Positions 7,399-17,513 of a stretch of 64,000 nucleotides of DNA are shown one piece after another. Below the pieces are notes generated by a model. It saw only the letters and a list, made by a program, of their open reading frames with translations, was not told the DNA's origin and ran no database searches. The translations under genes and the position numbers were made by a program. Source of the DNA: an uncultured Candidatus Puniceispirillum sp. (GTDB taxonomy: Bacteria > Pseudomonadota > Alphaproteobacteria > Puniceispirillales > UBA1172). The stretch covers positions 331,466 to 395,465 of the forward strand of contig OZ242263.1 of assembly GCA_965207125.1 (NCBI GenBank), given 5' to 3'. Position 1 is the first letter of the stretch, and every line of letters begins with the position of its first letter.

Positions 7399-10300
7399 GT
7401 GACAATTATCGATGCGAGCGCCCTATTGTACATGCACCCCACGGACCCGAATGCTGTGCTGACCTACACGCTTACGGCTGACCCGGCTGGGGGTGATCTG
7501 TTCCTTGAGGATGTAGAACTGGCTAATGGTGATACTTTCACCCAGAGTGATATTGATGCTCATCGCCTTACCTTTCGTTTTACCGCGGATAACAACGACC
7601 CAACCGATATAACCTTTACGGTCTCAGACGGCACGCTCACCCTGTCAGGCCAAACCCTCACGATCACTCCTCGGGTGGTTGTTGAAGTGGAGGATCCTGA
7701 AGAAGACAATACGATAGATCAATTCAGCGAGACGGCACCGCAGAAGATAGATGCAGAGGGTGGTAATGACACCATCACTGGCGGTGCGGGTGATGATCAA
7801 ATAGATGGCGGCCCAGGGGATGATACCATCGATGGTGGCGGTGGTAATGATGTGATTGATGGCGGTGATGGTAGCGACAGCATCACTAGCGGTGCGGGGG
7901 ATGATACCATCGATGGCGGTGCGGGGGATGATGATATCACGCTCACCCACGATGGTGAAGATGGCGATACAGTGGATTTTAGCAGTAATGAAGTGGTTTA
8001 CACTTTTGGCTATGACGGCGTGGGCATCGATGGCGGTGATGAGATCAAAGGGTTCAAACGCGGACAGGATACATTAAAATTCGTTGTGCGGCCTAATACC
8101 AAGGTTGCCACTCTGGAAGATTTTTTGAACAGTATCAAAGGCGCAGACGATGCAGATTTAACCGCTGATGATGCCTTTATCGTCACCATGATATGGGGAC
8201 TTGATGATGTGAGTGGCGCGTTCTCTTTTGATGGCGTATTGCTACACTTTAAGGACGCAACCTCTTTTGGCGGCGGCCGTGTTTCTAGTCCTTTGGTCTC
8301 TATCACTTTTGATGAGCGGCTTGGTCTTGATGATCTGGTTGATATTTTAGGCGGGGAGGATAAGGTCGCTGAGAACTTTGACTTTACCCACGCAGCATTC
8401 GAGAATCTGGCTGATGTTCTGCCGCGTCTCTTTGGCGAGGGCAGCATTGATTTTGAGGTTTTAACGACCACGATCACTGTGAGTGGTGATGTGACAGAAG
8501 ATGATGAGAGCGCCAAGACCGCCACAGGAACCCTCGATGATGATAATAATCCGTTGACACCGCCTCCAGTCATTGAGTTTGTTGGTGATGACGATGGCGA
8601 TGGCGTTGTCGAGGGCACGTACGGCACGATGGTTTTTGATGCGGCTACCCGCGAATGGACGTACACGCTGGATAATATGAGGCCAGAAACGCAGGTGTTG
8701 AAAGCTGGCCAGCAAGAAACTGAAATTTTTACCTTTACCGCTGATGGTACCACATTCACCGTGACCATCACGGTTAATGGTGTGGTAGATAAGCCTGTGG
8801 CTAATACCGAGTTTTTCGAGGCCTCCGGGCAAACAGGTAAAGAGATCACGATTGATCCAAGCACTCTTTTCACCAATCCTGAGGGCGAGGAATTGGAGCT
8901 AACATTCACGGTGATGCTGCTTGCTGACGACTCCACCAGAGAAGAGCTAAGCACGATCGGGCTTTCCTATAACTCCGTCACCAAGATGATCACTGGCACG
9001 CCGACTAAATCTGGGATTTATACGATCGAGGTCGCGGCTAGTTATAGTGATGGCGCAAAAGACGACATAGTGACAACATTTGGCATTACGGTCTCCTCTG
9101 TAGCGCCATTGGCTGACATCCTCGGGTATCTGGGGAAACCGATCGAGGCGATCAATCTGGGCAATCTTTTCACTGACCTTGATGTCGCGACCTTGACGGT
9201 GACAATCCTTGATAGCGGTGGAAATGAAGTCAATATTAATAGCATCGGCTTGTCCTATGATGATGGAACTAGGATGCTCACTGGCACGCCAACGACCACT
9301 GGCGCCTACACGATCAAGATAGTGTCGTCAGGCGGGCAAGACGAGATAATCTTTGATTTTACGCTGGTTGCGCTTCAACCGCCGACCCTCACCGGATATG
9401 TGGGACAGAACACGGAGATTGATCTGGGCAGTTTTATCACCGACCCTGACAATGTGACATTGACGGTTACATTCCTTAATAGCAATGGAGATGAAGTCGA
9501 TATCGGACTTAGGTATACCGTGACCACAGAACTTGTAACCGATGAGACCACAGGCCTTAAGACCGAGAAGACCACCAGAGCAATCACTGGTGTGCCAACA
9601 TCTGAAACTGGCACTTACACGCTCAGGATCGTGGCGACTGACTCCACTTCAGGCGTGCAGGCGGAAACCTTTACTTTTGATTTTACGCTGGTTGCGCTTC
9701 AACCGCCGACTCTCACCTTTGTGGACGCCCAGGTTGAAGCCAACGCAGACTTCATGGTCATTGAGGATACGGGTTCGTCGATCACCCCCATTGATCTAAG
9801 TGAGCAATTCGCTAATGTTGATGGCGGGGCGGTGACGGTTACTCTTAAAAATGGCGACGCATTAAGCACGATCGGGCTTGAGTATGATCCTGCCACCAAG
9901 ATGATCATTGGCACGCCGACTAAAACCGGCACTTACACGATCGTGGCTTCGGGGACTGACAACAGTAACACCGAGGTTACAGGAGAGTTTGTCATTGTCA
10001 CTGACCTAGATAAAACCCCCGCAAAGATCATCCAAATAGACGACCCTGATGTGCTGGCCGATAATCCGCACGAGTCCTCGCGCAACCAGGTAGGAATCAG
10101 GGTCGGCGCGAAGGGTGGCTCGGCTGACGATGTAACTGCGGCTAGAACAGACCTCATCTCGGATTATGACGATTCAGACGTGAGTGTTTTCGCCCCAACG
10201 GACACAACCGATGCCGAGGAAGAATATGTGGTTGAGGGTGAATACGGGCGGTTTATCATCACGCGCATGAGGGGTGAGGACGCCCCCGATGGAGCCCCGG

Positions 10301-13300
10301 CCGAGCTGCGTTATTATTATGAGCGTTATCAAGACGGCGATGAGAATTATAAGAACATTAACGCGCTGGGCGCGGGCGAGATTGCCTATGATGTGCTGAC
10401 AATCTGGGCGTTTGATGGGCTGACCTATGCGGAATTATTGGAACTGACCCCCGAAGGAGGCCCTTACGAAATCCCGCAATCTGCTTTAGACCGGCGGGTG
10501 TTCAAGACGGTTGTTGTTGAGATCACGGGCGCAAATGACGCTCCGGAAGTGGTATCAGAGATTTTCGATGTTTTATTCACAGATAGCCAGGCGGTCGATA
10601 TAGATATAGACCCCGCTAATTTCTTTGACATTGACGGCGATACATTGACGATAACCGTAACGCTTAATGATGGTGCGGCGTTAAACACGATCGGGCTTGC
10701 TTATGACCCCGCGACCAGAAAAATCACCGGCACGCCAAATACCGCCGGGCCTCATACGATCAAGGTCACGGCCACTGATGGGGCTAGCGAGTCAGCGAGT
10801 TATACTTTCATCCTAACCACTGCGGCCGCGAATGTTAATACAGAGCCGGTTGTGGAAATCTCTGGCACGCAAACTCTGGTATTGGTTGCTAAGGTCGCAG
10901 TAACATCCGACTCTGATACAGGTTTTAATATCAGCTACATCGACGACGATGATGCTCACCGCGATAATGACGAGGTGATCTATAATTTCTACCAGTTGGG
11001 GCGCGATAAGGATGGTAATACAATAAGAATACGCCCCGCTGATACCTTATTAAAGGTTAGCGCGGATGGCAGTATCCTTCTCAAGGCAGGGGTTCAATTC
11101 GTCTCTGACCTTAGTTTTGAAGTCGTGGCCACCGATGGTGAAGGCGCCTCATCAGCTCCGAAACAATTCACGATTACCGTCGCCGAGAACCCTGCCCCGG
11201 TTCTTATTCTGGTTGGTTTGGATGGGTTAGAAACTATCCTTGATAACACAGACGGCGGACGGCTTAACCGCCTGATTGTTCAAGATAGTGACACGGATGC
11301 AAGTGTTTTCACTTCAGAGAGTTTCACCATTACCGGCGACCAAGCGGAGAAGTTTATTGTCAAAAAGGATGATGATGGCCGCTGGTATCTGTTCTTAAAG
11401 GATGGCGAATCTCTTGATCAAAACATCGAGGGGACCATTCTAGATCTTGACATCACGGTTTCTGATGGCACCAATATCTCAAACGTGCTGGAGGTGGTTG
11501 TCAGCGCGGCGCGGGAGTATTTCTTTGATGGGGATACTTATGAGGGCGTCGTCTATCGGGCGGGGGAGGTCGCGGGCACGAGATACTCTATTAAGCCGGG
11601 GATTGGTGATGCTGATCTCTTCATCATCGATGGTGAGGACGGCGAGGTGAGATTCAAACCGGGTTCTATCCCAGCTACTTTTGACATAGATGGAGAGTTT
11701 AACTTCATCATCATCGAGCGGAGTGGCGGGGATGTGACTGAAACAGTGGTCACCCTCTATAACAACGTCCCTTCGGTTGTCAGCCCCGCTACGAGTGCTG
11801 ATTCTCCCTCCGACCGAGCACTCGGCGAGATAATTGGTCCTGATGAGCCGACGGACGCCGATGGAGTGGCTAGCATTGAATATTACTGGTTCGCCCATAC
11901 TCGTCCTCGAGGTGAACTTTTTAGAATTTCTAATGAGGAGTTAGTCGCTGGCGAGCACGCCACCGTAAAGCCTCTTGAGGGTGAGAATGATAGGCTACTC
12001 ACGCTTAAAGGCGAGCATGCCGAAAAAGAACTCTGGCTGATTATCGTCCTCACGGATGAGGACGGTTCTGTCACCTATAATTTCTGGGCGGCAAATCCAG
12101 ATGGACGCTATGATATCGCTGATGGTACACAGCACGCGCTTGATCTTGCCGATATAGGCATGAGCAACAACGACAACTCGGGCGACTTTGATTTTGTTGG
12201 CGACCTCGGTAGAAGCGATAGTGATTACATCAAATTCACTGTTGAACCTGGCGAAACTCTGGATATTAAAGTTGGTGGTAGTGGTTACAGAACTGCGCGG
12301 TACACGGTTATAAGAGAAGATGGCTCAGCAGTAGCAAACCAGAGTGAAACGGTGGTAGTAAATGATCAACAAAAGATTCTTAATACTCTAGAGGCTGGCA
12401 CTTATATTCTCAGGGTGACTCAAAATGGCTTTACTACCGGCCCATACAAAGTCAGTTTTCAAGGAATTGACGATCAACCCACCAACTTTCAGCTAACTGA
12501 AGCAGTTGAGATATTGCCTGTGGACGCTGATCTTAGTCAAGGGATGAAAGTCGGGGTTTTAACCATTACTGATGATATTTATGGCTCTAACACCATCGTA
12601 CTGACTGGCGTTGACGCTGAATTATTTGAGATCCGCGATACCTCGGACCGATTGGTCAAGGAATTGTGGCTAAAAGCCGGTGTGGAGTTTGATGCGCCGG
12701 GATCAGTCCTTGAAGTCATCGCTTCGCTCGAAGGGACGGGCAAGGGTAGTACTCTGGACATTGATCTGGTTCTCAATGTGATCAGTGCGGATGGAGAGCT
12801 TCCTATCTATATCACAGGTGATCGCGGGGTTGCGGCCACTACAGAAACTGACCCGATTTTTGTTCTAGGCGAGAATGGGCGATTGATTCTGGCGGACGGC
12901 ACGGACGCTGGCGTGATCACGATTGTGGATACTAAACCGGCCCCCTCTGATCCGAATCAAATCACATTCACCATAGAGGGCACGAATAGCGATTTATTTG
13001 AGATTATTCTCTTGGATCATGATGATAACGCCAACACGCCTGATCGGTGGGTATTACGGCTGAAAACCTCCGCTACGGCATTGCCGAGCGGCAGTGATTA
13101 CACCATCACCATCGTGGCGACCGACGCCAATAGCGATGAGTTCAGGCTCGATCTGCGGATTAAGCAGGGAGGGCTGTATATCTACGATGCAGCCGGTGCG
13201 GATGATGGCTTATCGCGGGTTTTCACCGACGGCAAGGCTTTGATCCCAGAGGAAGAAGACGGAAGTGGGACGCCGGTTACCATCGGCGCGCTCCGGAGTG

Positions 13301-16212
13301 AGATCACTCCGCAATTTATCGAAGTACTGGATTTTGAATTGATCGATGGTGAGGCGGATAATGATCAGTTCGAGATTGAACGGGGTGATGGCGCGGATGG
13401 CGCGGCGAGGACAGATGACGATGTTTTCACTCTGAAGTTTATAGGCCCTAATAGCGGTGATGCCGATATTGGGCCCGATGTGTTGAATATCCGGGTTCTA
13501 GAGACCTATCTTAAGGAAACGGCGCATGAAGAGACCGTGGATGAGAACGGCGATGGTAGTTTTGTTGGAACAAAGGATATAGACGCAAGTGGCGATACCA
13601 CCGATGCCGATACGCGGATTTTTGCGTTGAGTGGCGGGGGGTTAAGTGCGCGAGATTTTATCTATCAGGACTTACTGGGTATTGATGATGATGACATAAC
13701 ACCAGAGTCGCTGGCGTCAGGTGATGCAAGTCTCAAGGCCTCAAGCCCCTTCGACCTACTGGATTTTTCCAATATTGATATTACAGCGGTTTTCGGGGGG
13801 CGTGCTGGATTTCAGACCGATATTATTCTCCCCGAGGGTTTCATGTCGGGGGATACCATCTGGATTAGGTTTAATGACGCTCAGTTTAACAACGTTAAGG
13901 GCGTTGAAGTTGTAATACGTCTAGGCGATGACGGTACATCGCTGATATTTACCCCCACTGGAGCCGTCAAGCTTATTGATTACCGTCCTACGGGATCCTC
14001 TCTGACCACGGCGGAGATTTATCAAATTGATTTCACCTCCAATACTCCTGCGCCGATCAGGGATGGTGCCATAACTTTCGCGCCGAGAGGGTCATTCACT
14101 AGCAATAACTGGCATATCGCTAGTATTTTTGTTGATGGCACTGCGGTGGTTTCAAGTCGTTTTCTGGATAACACCGATACGGCGGTTCCTCTGAGCAAAA
14201 CCAATTATGACGCTGTGGTCGGCAAAACTTTGTCTGTTGTAGCCGATGAAGGCGGCCCGTCGGGTAATAATATCAGAGTCATCGTGGAGATTGGGACGGC
14301 CGCAAACCCAACAACTTCAGGTGAAAAGGGTGTTGAGTCGGTGTCAGTGATGGATAATGTCATCACGGTTGTGACATACAGCGAAGGCGCGACGTGGCAA
14401 CAGGTGGCGGATGCGATTAACGCTGATACTGAGGCGGCGGCGTTGGTTGATGTTGAGGCGAATCCAGCAACTGCTGGGAATGATGCTGCGGCGAGGGATT
14501 TCTTCTTAAGTGGCGGTAAGGACGTTCCAGCTCTGGAGAATAATACTAACGCACGGCTGGTTGATGTTGAGGGTGGCTGGATTTATCCTGATGACGCGGA
14601 TGCTATTCGCTTTGAGGCGACCACTGATCTGCGCGTAGATCTAAGTGCTGGCGAGGCGGACATTATCGTTGTTCCGACTGGTGGTCTGGATGGGAACGGG
14701 GTGCGTATTGGTGAGGTGCGTTTGCTTACCTCCAATGAGACCCCGCCGGAGGAATACTATGTTATTGGCACGACTGGCGATCTGAGTGCCACAGATACAG
14801 TGGCGGCCACAGCCGTCCTTGAAATTGACGGCGCTGAGTATCTGAGATTCACCTCGAATAAGGCTGGTGCGGAAGGCAATGGTCAGGAAATCCGGTTTGA
14901 GTTTAGCAATAATCCTGTAGGTGGTATCTTTGCTTCTACCGATACTAACGGTCTGATCACCATAAGGATAACAAGCGGGCTAGACCGTGATACTGTCACC
15001 AGTGGTCCTAGTAAATCCGTCAATGATCTGATCGATGTTGAATATATCGGAGTTCTCAAAGACGCAGGTTTTTTTGATGCCAGCCTCTTTGATGGCAGAG
15101 TGATCACAGTAACCCTGAGTGGCGGGGAAGATTTTGTCCAAACCACGCCAACTCCAGCGACTGGCACAGAAGTGAGCACACCCGAGGTGCTTACTTGGCA
15201 AGAGATAACCAGCAGAACCCATGATTATCAGATTAATCTTGATAACATTGACGATCACGCACCGGTTTTCGGCGAGGCGGTTGGCTTTGAGGTGACGGTG
15301 CCGTCAGACGGCTCAGACCCCCATGGCGAGGCCTCTATTGATGAGAATGACACGGATCCAGGCGTGATTTTTCAAGTATCGGCCAGCGACGCGGATGGTG
15401 ATGTGGTGACCTATTCACTGGCTGATGATTTTGGGCTGTTTGAGATTGACGCCGCCACTGGCGAGATTACCTTAATTACAGGCGAAAGCGCTGATTTTGA
15501 GGCGGCCGCAAGCTATGATCTTCAGGTGATTGCGACGTCTATCTTTGAGGGCGAGGCACCAAAAACCACGAATTTCAAGGTTGTGGTTCAGGTGAATGAT
15601 GTCTCTGAGACGGGGGGCGCGGCCTCAGGTCACATTCTAATCGGCGGTGAGGACGCGCAAACCCTCAACGCAAGCGATCGCGGGGATGTGATCTTTGGCG
15701 GTCAGGGCGATGATACCATCAATCTCGGCGCCGGCAGGGATACCGTGATTTATCGTTATGATGCCACGGATAAAACCAATCCAGCAGCGATTGATGGCGG
15801 CGATGTGATTAATAGTTTTGATCTGAGCGAAGACCATCTGTTTTTGGCTCATGTGGGGGATACTGACAGTACTCTTAATACCGCCACTGCGTTCTTTGAG
15901 GCGATTAAAGGCGTCCGTCTGCTTGTGGACGAAGATGGACGTATTAGCGGTATCGTGTTTACCTTCACCGGCCGTGTTAACGAGGCTCAAGACACCGATC
16001 TGACGGTGAATTTTGATCAAGGCTTTGACGCCTCACAGATTAACCTAGACGCGAGTTTTGATGCGGCGGCTTCAGGCGAGCGGGTAATCACCACCGGCCA
16101 AGAAACCGCCGCTTACCAGGCGATCAATCCAGTGCTTGGCGAGAGTTTGGTGCTGGTTGATTTTGCGGATGTGGGTTTTGAGTTAAACTCTGGGGACACT
16201 GATATTCTTTAA
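7399..16212 (+). CDS. Giant T1SS-substrate-type adhesin A, main ORF (2937 aa; frame open upstream to ~7264). Modules: RTX nonapeptides, VCBS-like, cadherin-like/He_PIG-like, cadherin repeats, a PPC-like domain, and a C-terminal RTX plus secretion tail.
   Basis: GGxGxD run ([40 protein letters not shown]); VCBS-like GTYGTMVFDAATREWTYTLDN...[18 protein letters not shown]; repeated LFT.PEG..L...V....IGLSY...T.MITGTPT..G.YTI.V; cadherin-type [39 protein letters not shown]; PPC-like DSDYIKFTVEPGETLDIKV...GTYILRV; C-terminus [23 protein letters not shown]...DVINSFDLSEDHLFL...[18 protein letters not shown]. Confidence 0.9.
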   Translation: MTIIDASALLYMHPTDPNAVLTYTLTADPAGGDLFLEDVELANGDTFTQSDIDAHRLTFRFTADNNDPTDITFTVSDGTLTLSGQTLTITPRVVVEVEDPEEDNTIDQFSETAPQKIDAEGGNDTITGGAGDDQIDGGPGDDTIDGGGGNDVIDGGDGSDSITSGAGDDTIDGGAGDDDITLTHDGEDGDTVDFSSNEVVYTFGYDGVGIDGGDEIKGFKRGQDTLKFVVRPNTKVATLEDFLNSIKGADDADLTADDAFIVTMIWGLDDVSGAFSFDGVLLHFKDATSFGGGRVSSPLVSITFDERLGLDDLVDILGGEDKVAENFDFTHAAFENLADVLPRLFGEGSIDFEVLTTTITVSGDVTEDDESAKTATGTLDDDNNPLTPPPVIEFVGDDDGDGVVEGTYGTMVFDAATREWTYTLDNMRPETQVLKAGQQETEIFTFTADGTTFTVTITVNGVVDKPVANTEFFEASGQTGKEITIDPSTLFTNPEGEELELTFTVMLLADDSTREELSTIGLSYNSVTKMITGTPTKSGIYTIEVAASYSDGAKDDIVTTFGITVSSVAPLADILGYLGKPIEAINLGNLFTDLDVATLTVTILDSGGNEVNINSIGLSYDDGTRMLTGTPTTTGAYTIKIVSSGGQDEIIFDFTLVALQPPTLTGYVGQNTEIDLGSFITDPDNVTLTVTFLNSNGDEVDIGLRYTVTTELVTDETTGLKTEKTTRAITGVPTSETGTYTLRIVATDSTSGVQAETFTFDFTLVALQPPTLTFVDAQVEANADFMVIEDTGSSITPIDLSEQFANVDGGAVTVTLKNGDALSTIGLEYDPATKMIIGTPTKTGTYTIVASGTDNSNTEVTGEFVIVTDLDKTPAKIIQIDDPDVLADNPHESSRNQVGIRVGAKGGSADDVTAARTDLISDYDDSDVSVFAPTDTTDAEEEYVVEGEYGRFIITRMRGEDAPDGAPAELRYYYERYQDGDENYKNINALGAGEIAYDVLTIWAFDGLTYAELLELTPEGGPYEIPQSALDRRVFKTVVVEITGANDAPEVVSEIFDVLFTDSQAVDIDIDPANFFDIDGDTLTITVTLNDGAALNTIGLAYDPATRKITGTPNTAGPHTIKVTATDGASESASYTFILTTAAANVNTEPVVEISGTQTLVLVAKVAVTSDSDTGFNISYIDDDDAHRDNDEVIYNFYQLGRDKDGNTIRIRPADTLLKVSADGSILLKAGVQFVSDLSFEVVATDGEGASSAPKQFTITVAENPAPVLILVGLDGLETILDNTDGGRLNRLIVQDSDTDASVFTSESFTITGDQAEKFIVKKDDDGRWYLFLKDGESLDQNIEGTILDLDITVSDGTNISNVLEVVVSAAREYFFDGDTYEGVVYRAGEVAGTRYSIKPGIGDADLFIIDGEDGEVRFKPGSIPATFDIDGEFNFIIIERSGGDVTETVVTLYNNVPSVVSPATSADSPSDRALGEIIGPDEPTDADGVASIEYYWFAHTRPRGELFRISNEELVAGEHATVKPLEGENDRLLTLKGEHAEKELWLIIVLTDEDGSVTYNFWAANPDGRYDIADGTQHALDLADIGMSNNDNSGDFDFVGDLGRSDSDYIKFTVEPGETLDIKVGGSGYRTARYTVIREDGSAVANQSETVVVNDQQKILNTLEAGTYILRVTQNGFTTGPYKVSFQGIDDQPTNFQLTEAVEILPVDADLSQGMKVGVLTITDDIYGSNTIVLTGVDAELFEIRDTSDRLVKELWLKAGVEFDAPGSVLEVIASLEGTGKGSTLDIDLVLNVISADGELPIYITGDRGVAATTETDPIFVLGENGRLILADGTDAGVITIVDTKPAPSDPNQITFTIEGTNSDLFEIILLDHDDNANTPDRWVLRLKTSATALPSGSDYTITIVATDANSDEFRLDLRIKQGGLYIYDAAGADDGLSRVFTDGKALIPEEEDGSGTPVTIGALRSEITPQFIEVLDFELIDGEADNDQFEIERGDGADGAARTDDDVFTLKFIGPNSGDADIGPDVLNIRVLETYLKETAHEETVDENGDGSFVGTKDIDASGDTTDADTRIFALSGGGLSARDFIYQDLLGIDDDDITPESLASGDASLKASSPFDLLDFSNIDITAVFGGRAGFQTDIILPEGFMSGDTIWIRFNDAQFNNVKGVEVVIRLGDDGTSLIFTPTGAVKLIDYRPTGSSLTTAEIYQIDFTSNTPAPIRDGAITFAPRGSFTSNNWHIASIFVDGTAVVSSRFLDNTDTAVPLSKTNYDAVVGKTLSVVADEGGPSGNNIRVIVEIGTAANPTTSGEKGVESVSVMDNVITVVTYSEGATWQQVADAINADTEAAALVDVEANPATAGNDAAARDFFLSGGKDVPALENNTNARLVDVEGGWIYPDDADAIRFEATTDLRVDLSAGEADIIVVPTGGLDGNGVRIGEVRLLTSNETPPEEYYVIGTTGDLSATDTVAATAVLEIDGAEYLRFTSNKAGAEGNGQEIRFEFSNNPVGGIFASTDTNGLITIRITSGLDRDTVTSGPSKSVNDLIDVEYIGVLKDAGFFDASLFDGRVITVTLSGGEDFVQTTPTPATGTEVSTPEVLTWQEITSRTHDYQINLDNIDDHAPVFGEAVGFEVTVPSDGSDPHGEASIDENDTDPGVIFQVSASDADGDVVTYSLADDFGLFEIDAATGEITLITGESADFEAAASYDLQVIATSIFEGEAPKTTNFKVVVQVNDVSETGGAASGHILIGGEDAQTLNASDRGDVIFGGQGDDTINLGAGRDTVIYRYDATDKTNPAAIDGGDVINSFDLSEDHLFLAHVGDTDSTLNTATAFFEAIKGVRLLVDEDGRISGIVFTFTGRVNEAQDTDLTVNFDQGFDASQINLDASFDAAASGERVITTGQETAAYQAINPVLGESLVLVDFADVGFELNSGDTDIL

Positions 16213-16252
16213 ATCGGTCGGACAATAATAACCGACATTATGGAATTAACCT

Positions 16253-16606
16253 TATCATTATCTTAACTGTGTCTGGGTAGTCTTGGTCTAAAGAAAAGGC
16301 CAGTCCATGACTAACCCTCCAGTATTCTAGGCCCTCCCTTCTTTTTGGCATTTTGCTACGCTCTATGATGCTCCAAACCAGCTGATCATTGACAGCAATA
16401 CTCTGGCTCTTATTCTGGTTCCTATTCTGGCTCTTGCCTAGGGCGTCCTGCTGGCGGCACAGTTTTTACTGTGCATCACTGACTATGGGTTGCGAGTGAT
16501 TAATTTTGAGGATATAAATATGAAAAAGGGTCTACTTACGGACGTTGAATAACATTAACTAGCACTCGTGGAGTTGTGCCAATTGCTTTATTAGAAGAGA
16601 TACGCT
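16253..16606 (+). repeat. Upstream leader of giant gene B, copy 2 of the duplicated leader
   Basis: It aligns with 6614..6991, starts 41 nt after the stop codon of gene A, and is about 24 bp shorter than copy 1 overall (largely fewer 12-bp units). Confidence 0.85.
16490..16518 (+). promoter_or_regulatory. Candidate sigma70-type promoter for giant gene B (TTGCGA-17 nt-TATAAA)
   Basis: TTGCGA at 16490..16495, a 17-nt spacer, then TATAAA at 16513..16518. It is positionally homologous to 6876..6904. Confidence 0.35.
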
Positions 16607-17302
16607 GTGTTAGATATTAATACCTCCCCCGTCACTTTGAAGACCATCATTGACGAAGACGGTAGTTTCACCTTCATGATCACCCCCAGTATGGCTTTTT
16701 CCTCGCCGGAGAAATTCCGATGGGAGATTACTTTTGGACAAGGCGCCCCTCATCGCGGAGTCATCACTTTTAAGGCGGGTGAGCCAGACTCAAAATCAAT
16801 CCCGCAGTCCATAGACCCTGATGAGCATTATCAGTTGAGGGTTTATAGAGTGTCCGATAACAATAACGATGCGGATGATGCATTGGTGTTTCAGCAACAG
16901 AGCGAGCACCTCCCTCCCCTTCTCAATAATGCTCCGCAGCAGTCAAGGGTAGGAGGCGATCAGGGAACAGACATCACTCAAGTCAAAGCCTCGCTGGTTC
17001 TCAACAAAGACGAGGTGACAATTATCGATGCGAGCGCCCTATTGTACATGCACCCCACGGACCCGAATGCTGTGCTGACCTACACGCTTACGGCTGACCC
17101 GGCTGGGGGTGATCTGTTCCTTGGGGATGTAGAACTGGCTAATGGTGATACTTTCACCCAGAGTGATATTGATGCTGCTCGCCTCACCTTTCGTTTTACC
17201 GCGGATAACAACGATCCAACCGATATAGCCTTTACGGTCTCAGACGGCACGCTCACCCTGTCAGGCCAATCCCTCACGATCACTCCTCGGGTGGATTGTT
17301 GA
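16607..17302 (+). CDS. N-terminal fragment of giant adhesin B (231 aa), ended by a +1 insertion at ~17295
   Basis: It matches the gene A N-terminal fragment plus the start of the A main ORF. A reads TPRVVVEVEDPEED, whereas B reads TPRVDC-stop because of an extra 'a' in gtggAttgttga. Confidence 0.8.
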   Translation: MLDINTSPVTLKTIIDEDGSFTFMITPSMAFSSPEKFRWEITFGQGAPHRGVITFKAGEPDSKSIPQSIDPDEHYQLRVYRVSDNNNDADDALVFQQQSEHLPPLLNNAPQQSRVGGDQGTDITQVKASLVLNKDEVTIIDASALLYMHPTDPNAVLTYTLTADPAGGDLFLGDVELANGDTFTQSDIDAARLTFRFTADNNDPTDIAFTVSDGTLTLSGQSLTITPRVDC

Positions 17303-17303
17303 T

Positions 17304-17513
17304 GTGGTGGATCCTGAAGAAGACAACACGGAGGATCTCTCCAGCAAGACGGCGCCGCAGAAGATAGATGCAGAGGGTGGTGATGATAGCATCATTGGCG
17401 GTCCGGGCGATGATCAAATAGATGGCGGCCCAGGGGATGATACCATCGATGGCGGCGGTGGTAATGATGTGATTGATGGCGGTGATGGTGATGATATCAT
17501 CGACCGGCGGTGA
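17304..17513 (+). CDS. Short middle fragment of giant adhesin B (RTX nonapeptide run) between two +1 insertions
   Basis: Its sequence [65 protein letters not shown] aligns with gene A residues after TPRVVVEVE. It stops at CGG CGG TGA because of an extra 'c' at ~17504. Confidence 0.7.
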   Translation: MVDPEEDNTEDLSSKTAPQKIDAEGGDDSIIGGPGDDQIDGGPGDDTIDGGGGNDVIDGGDGDDIIDRR

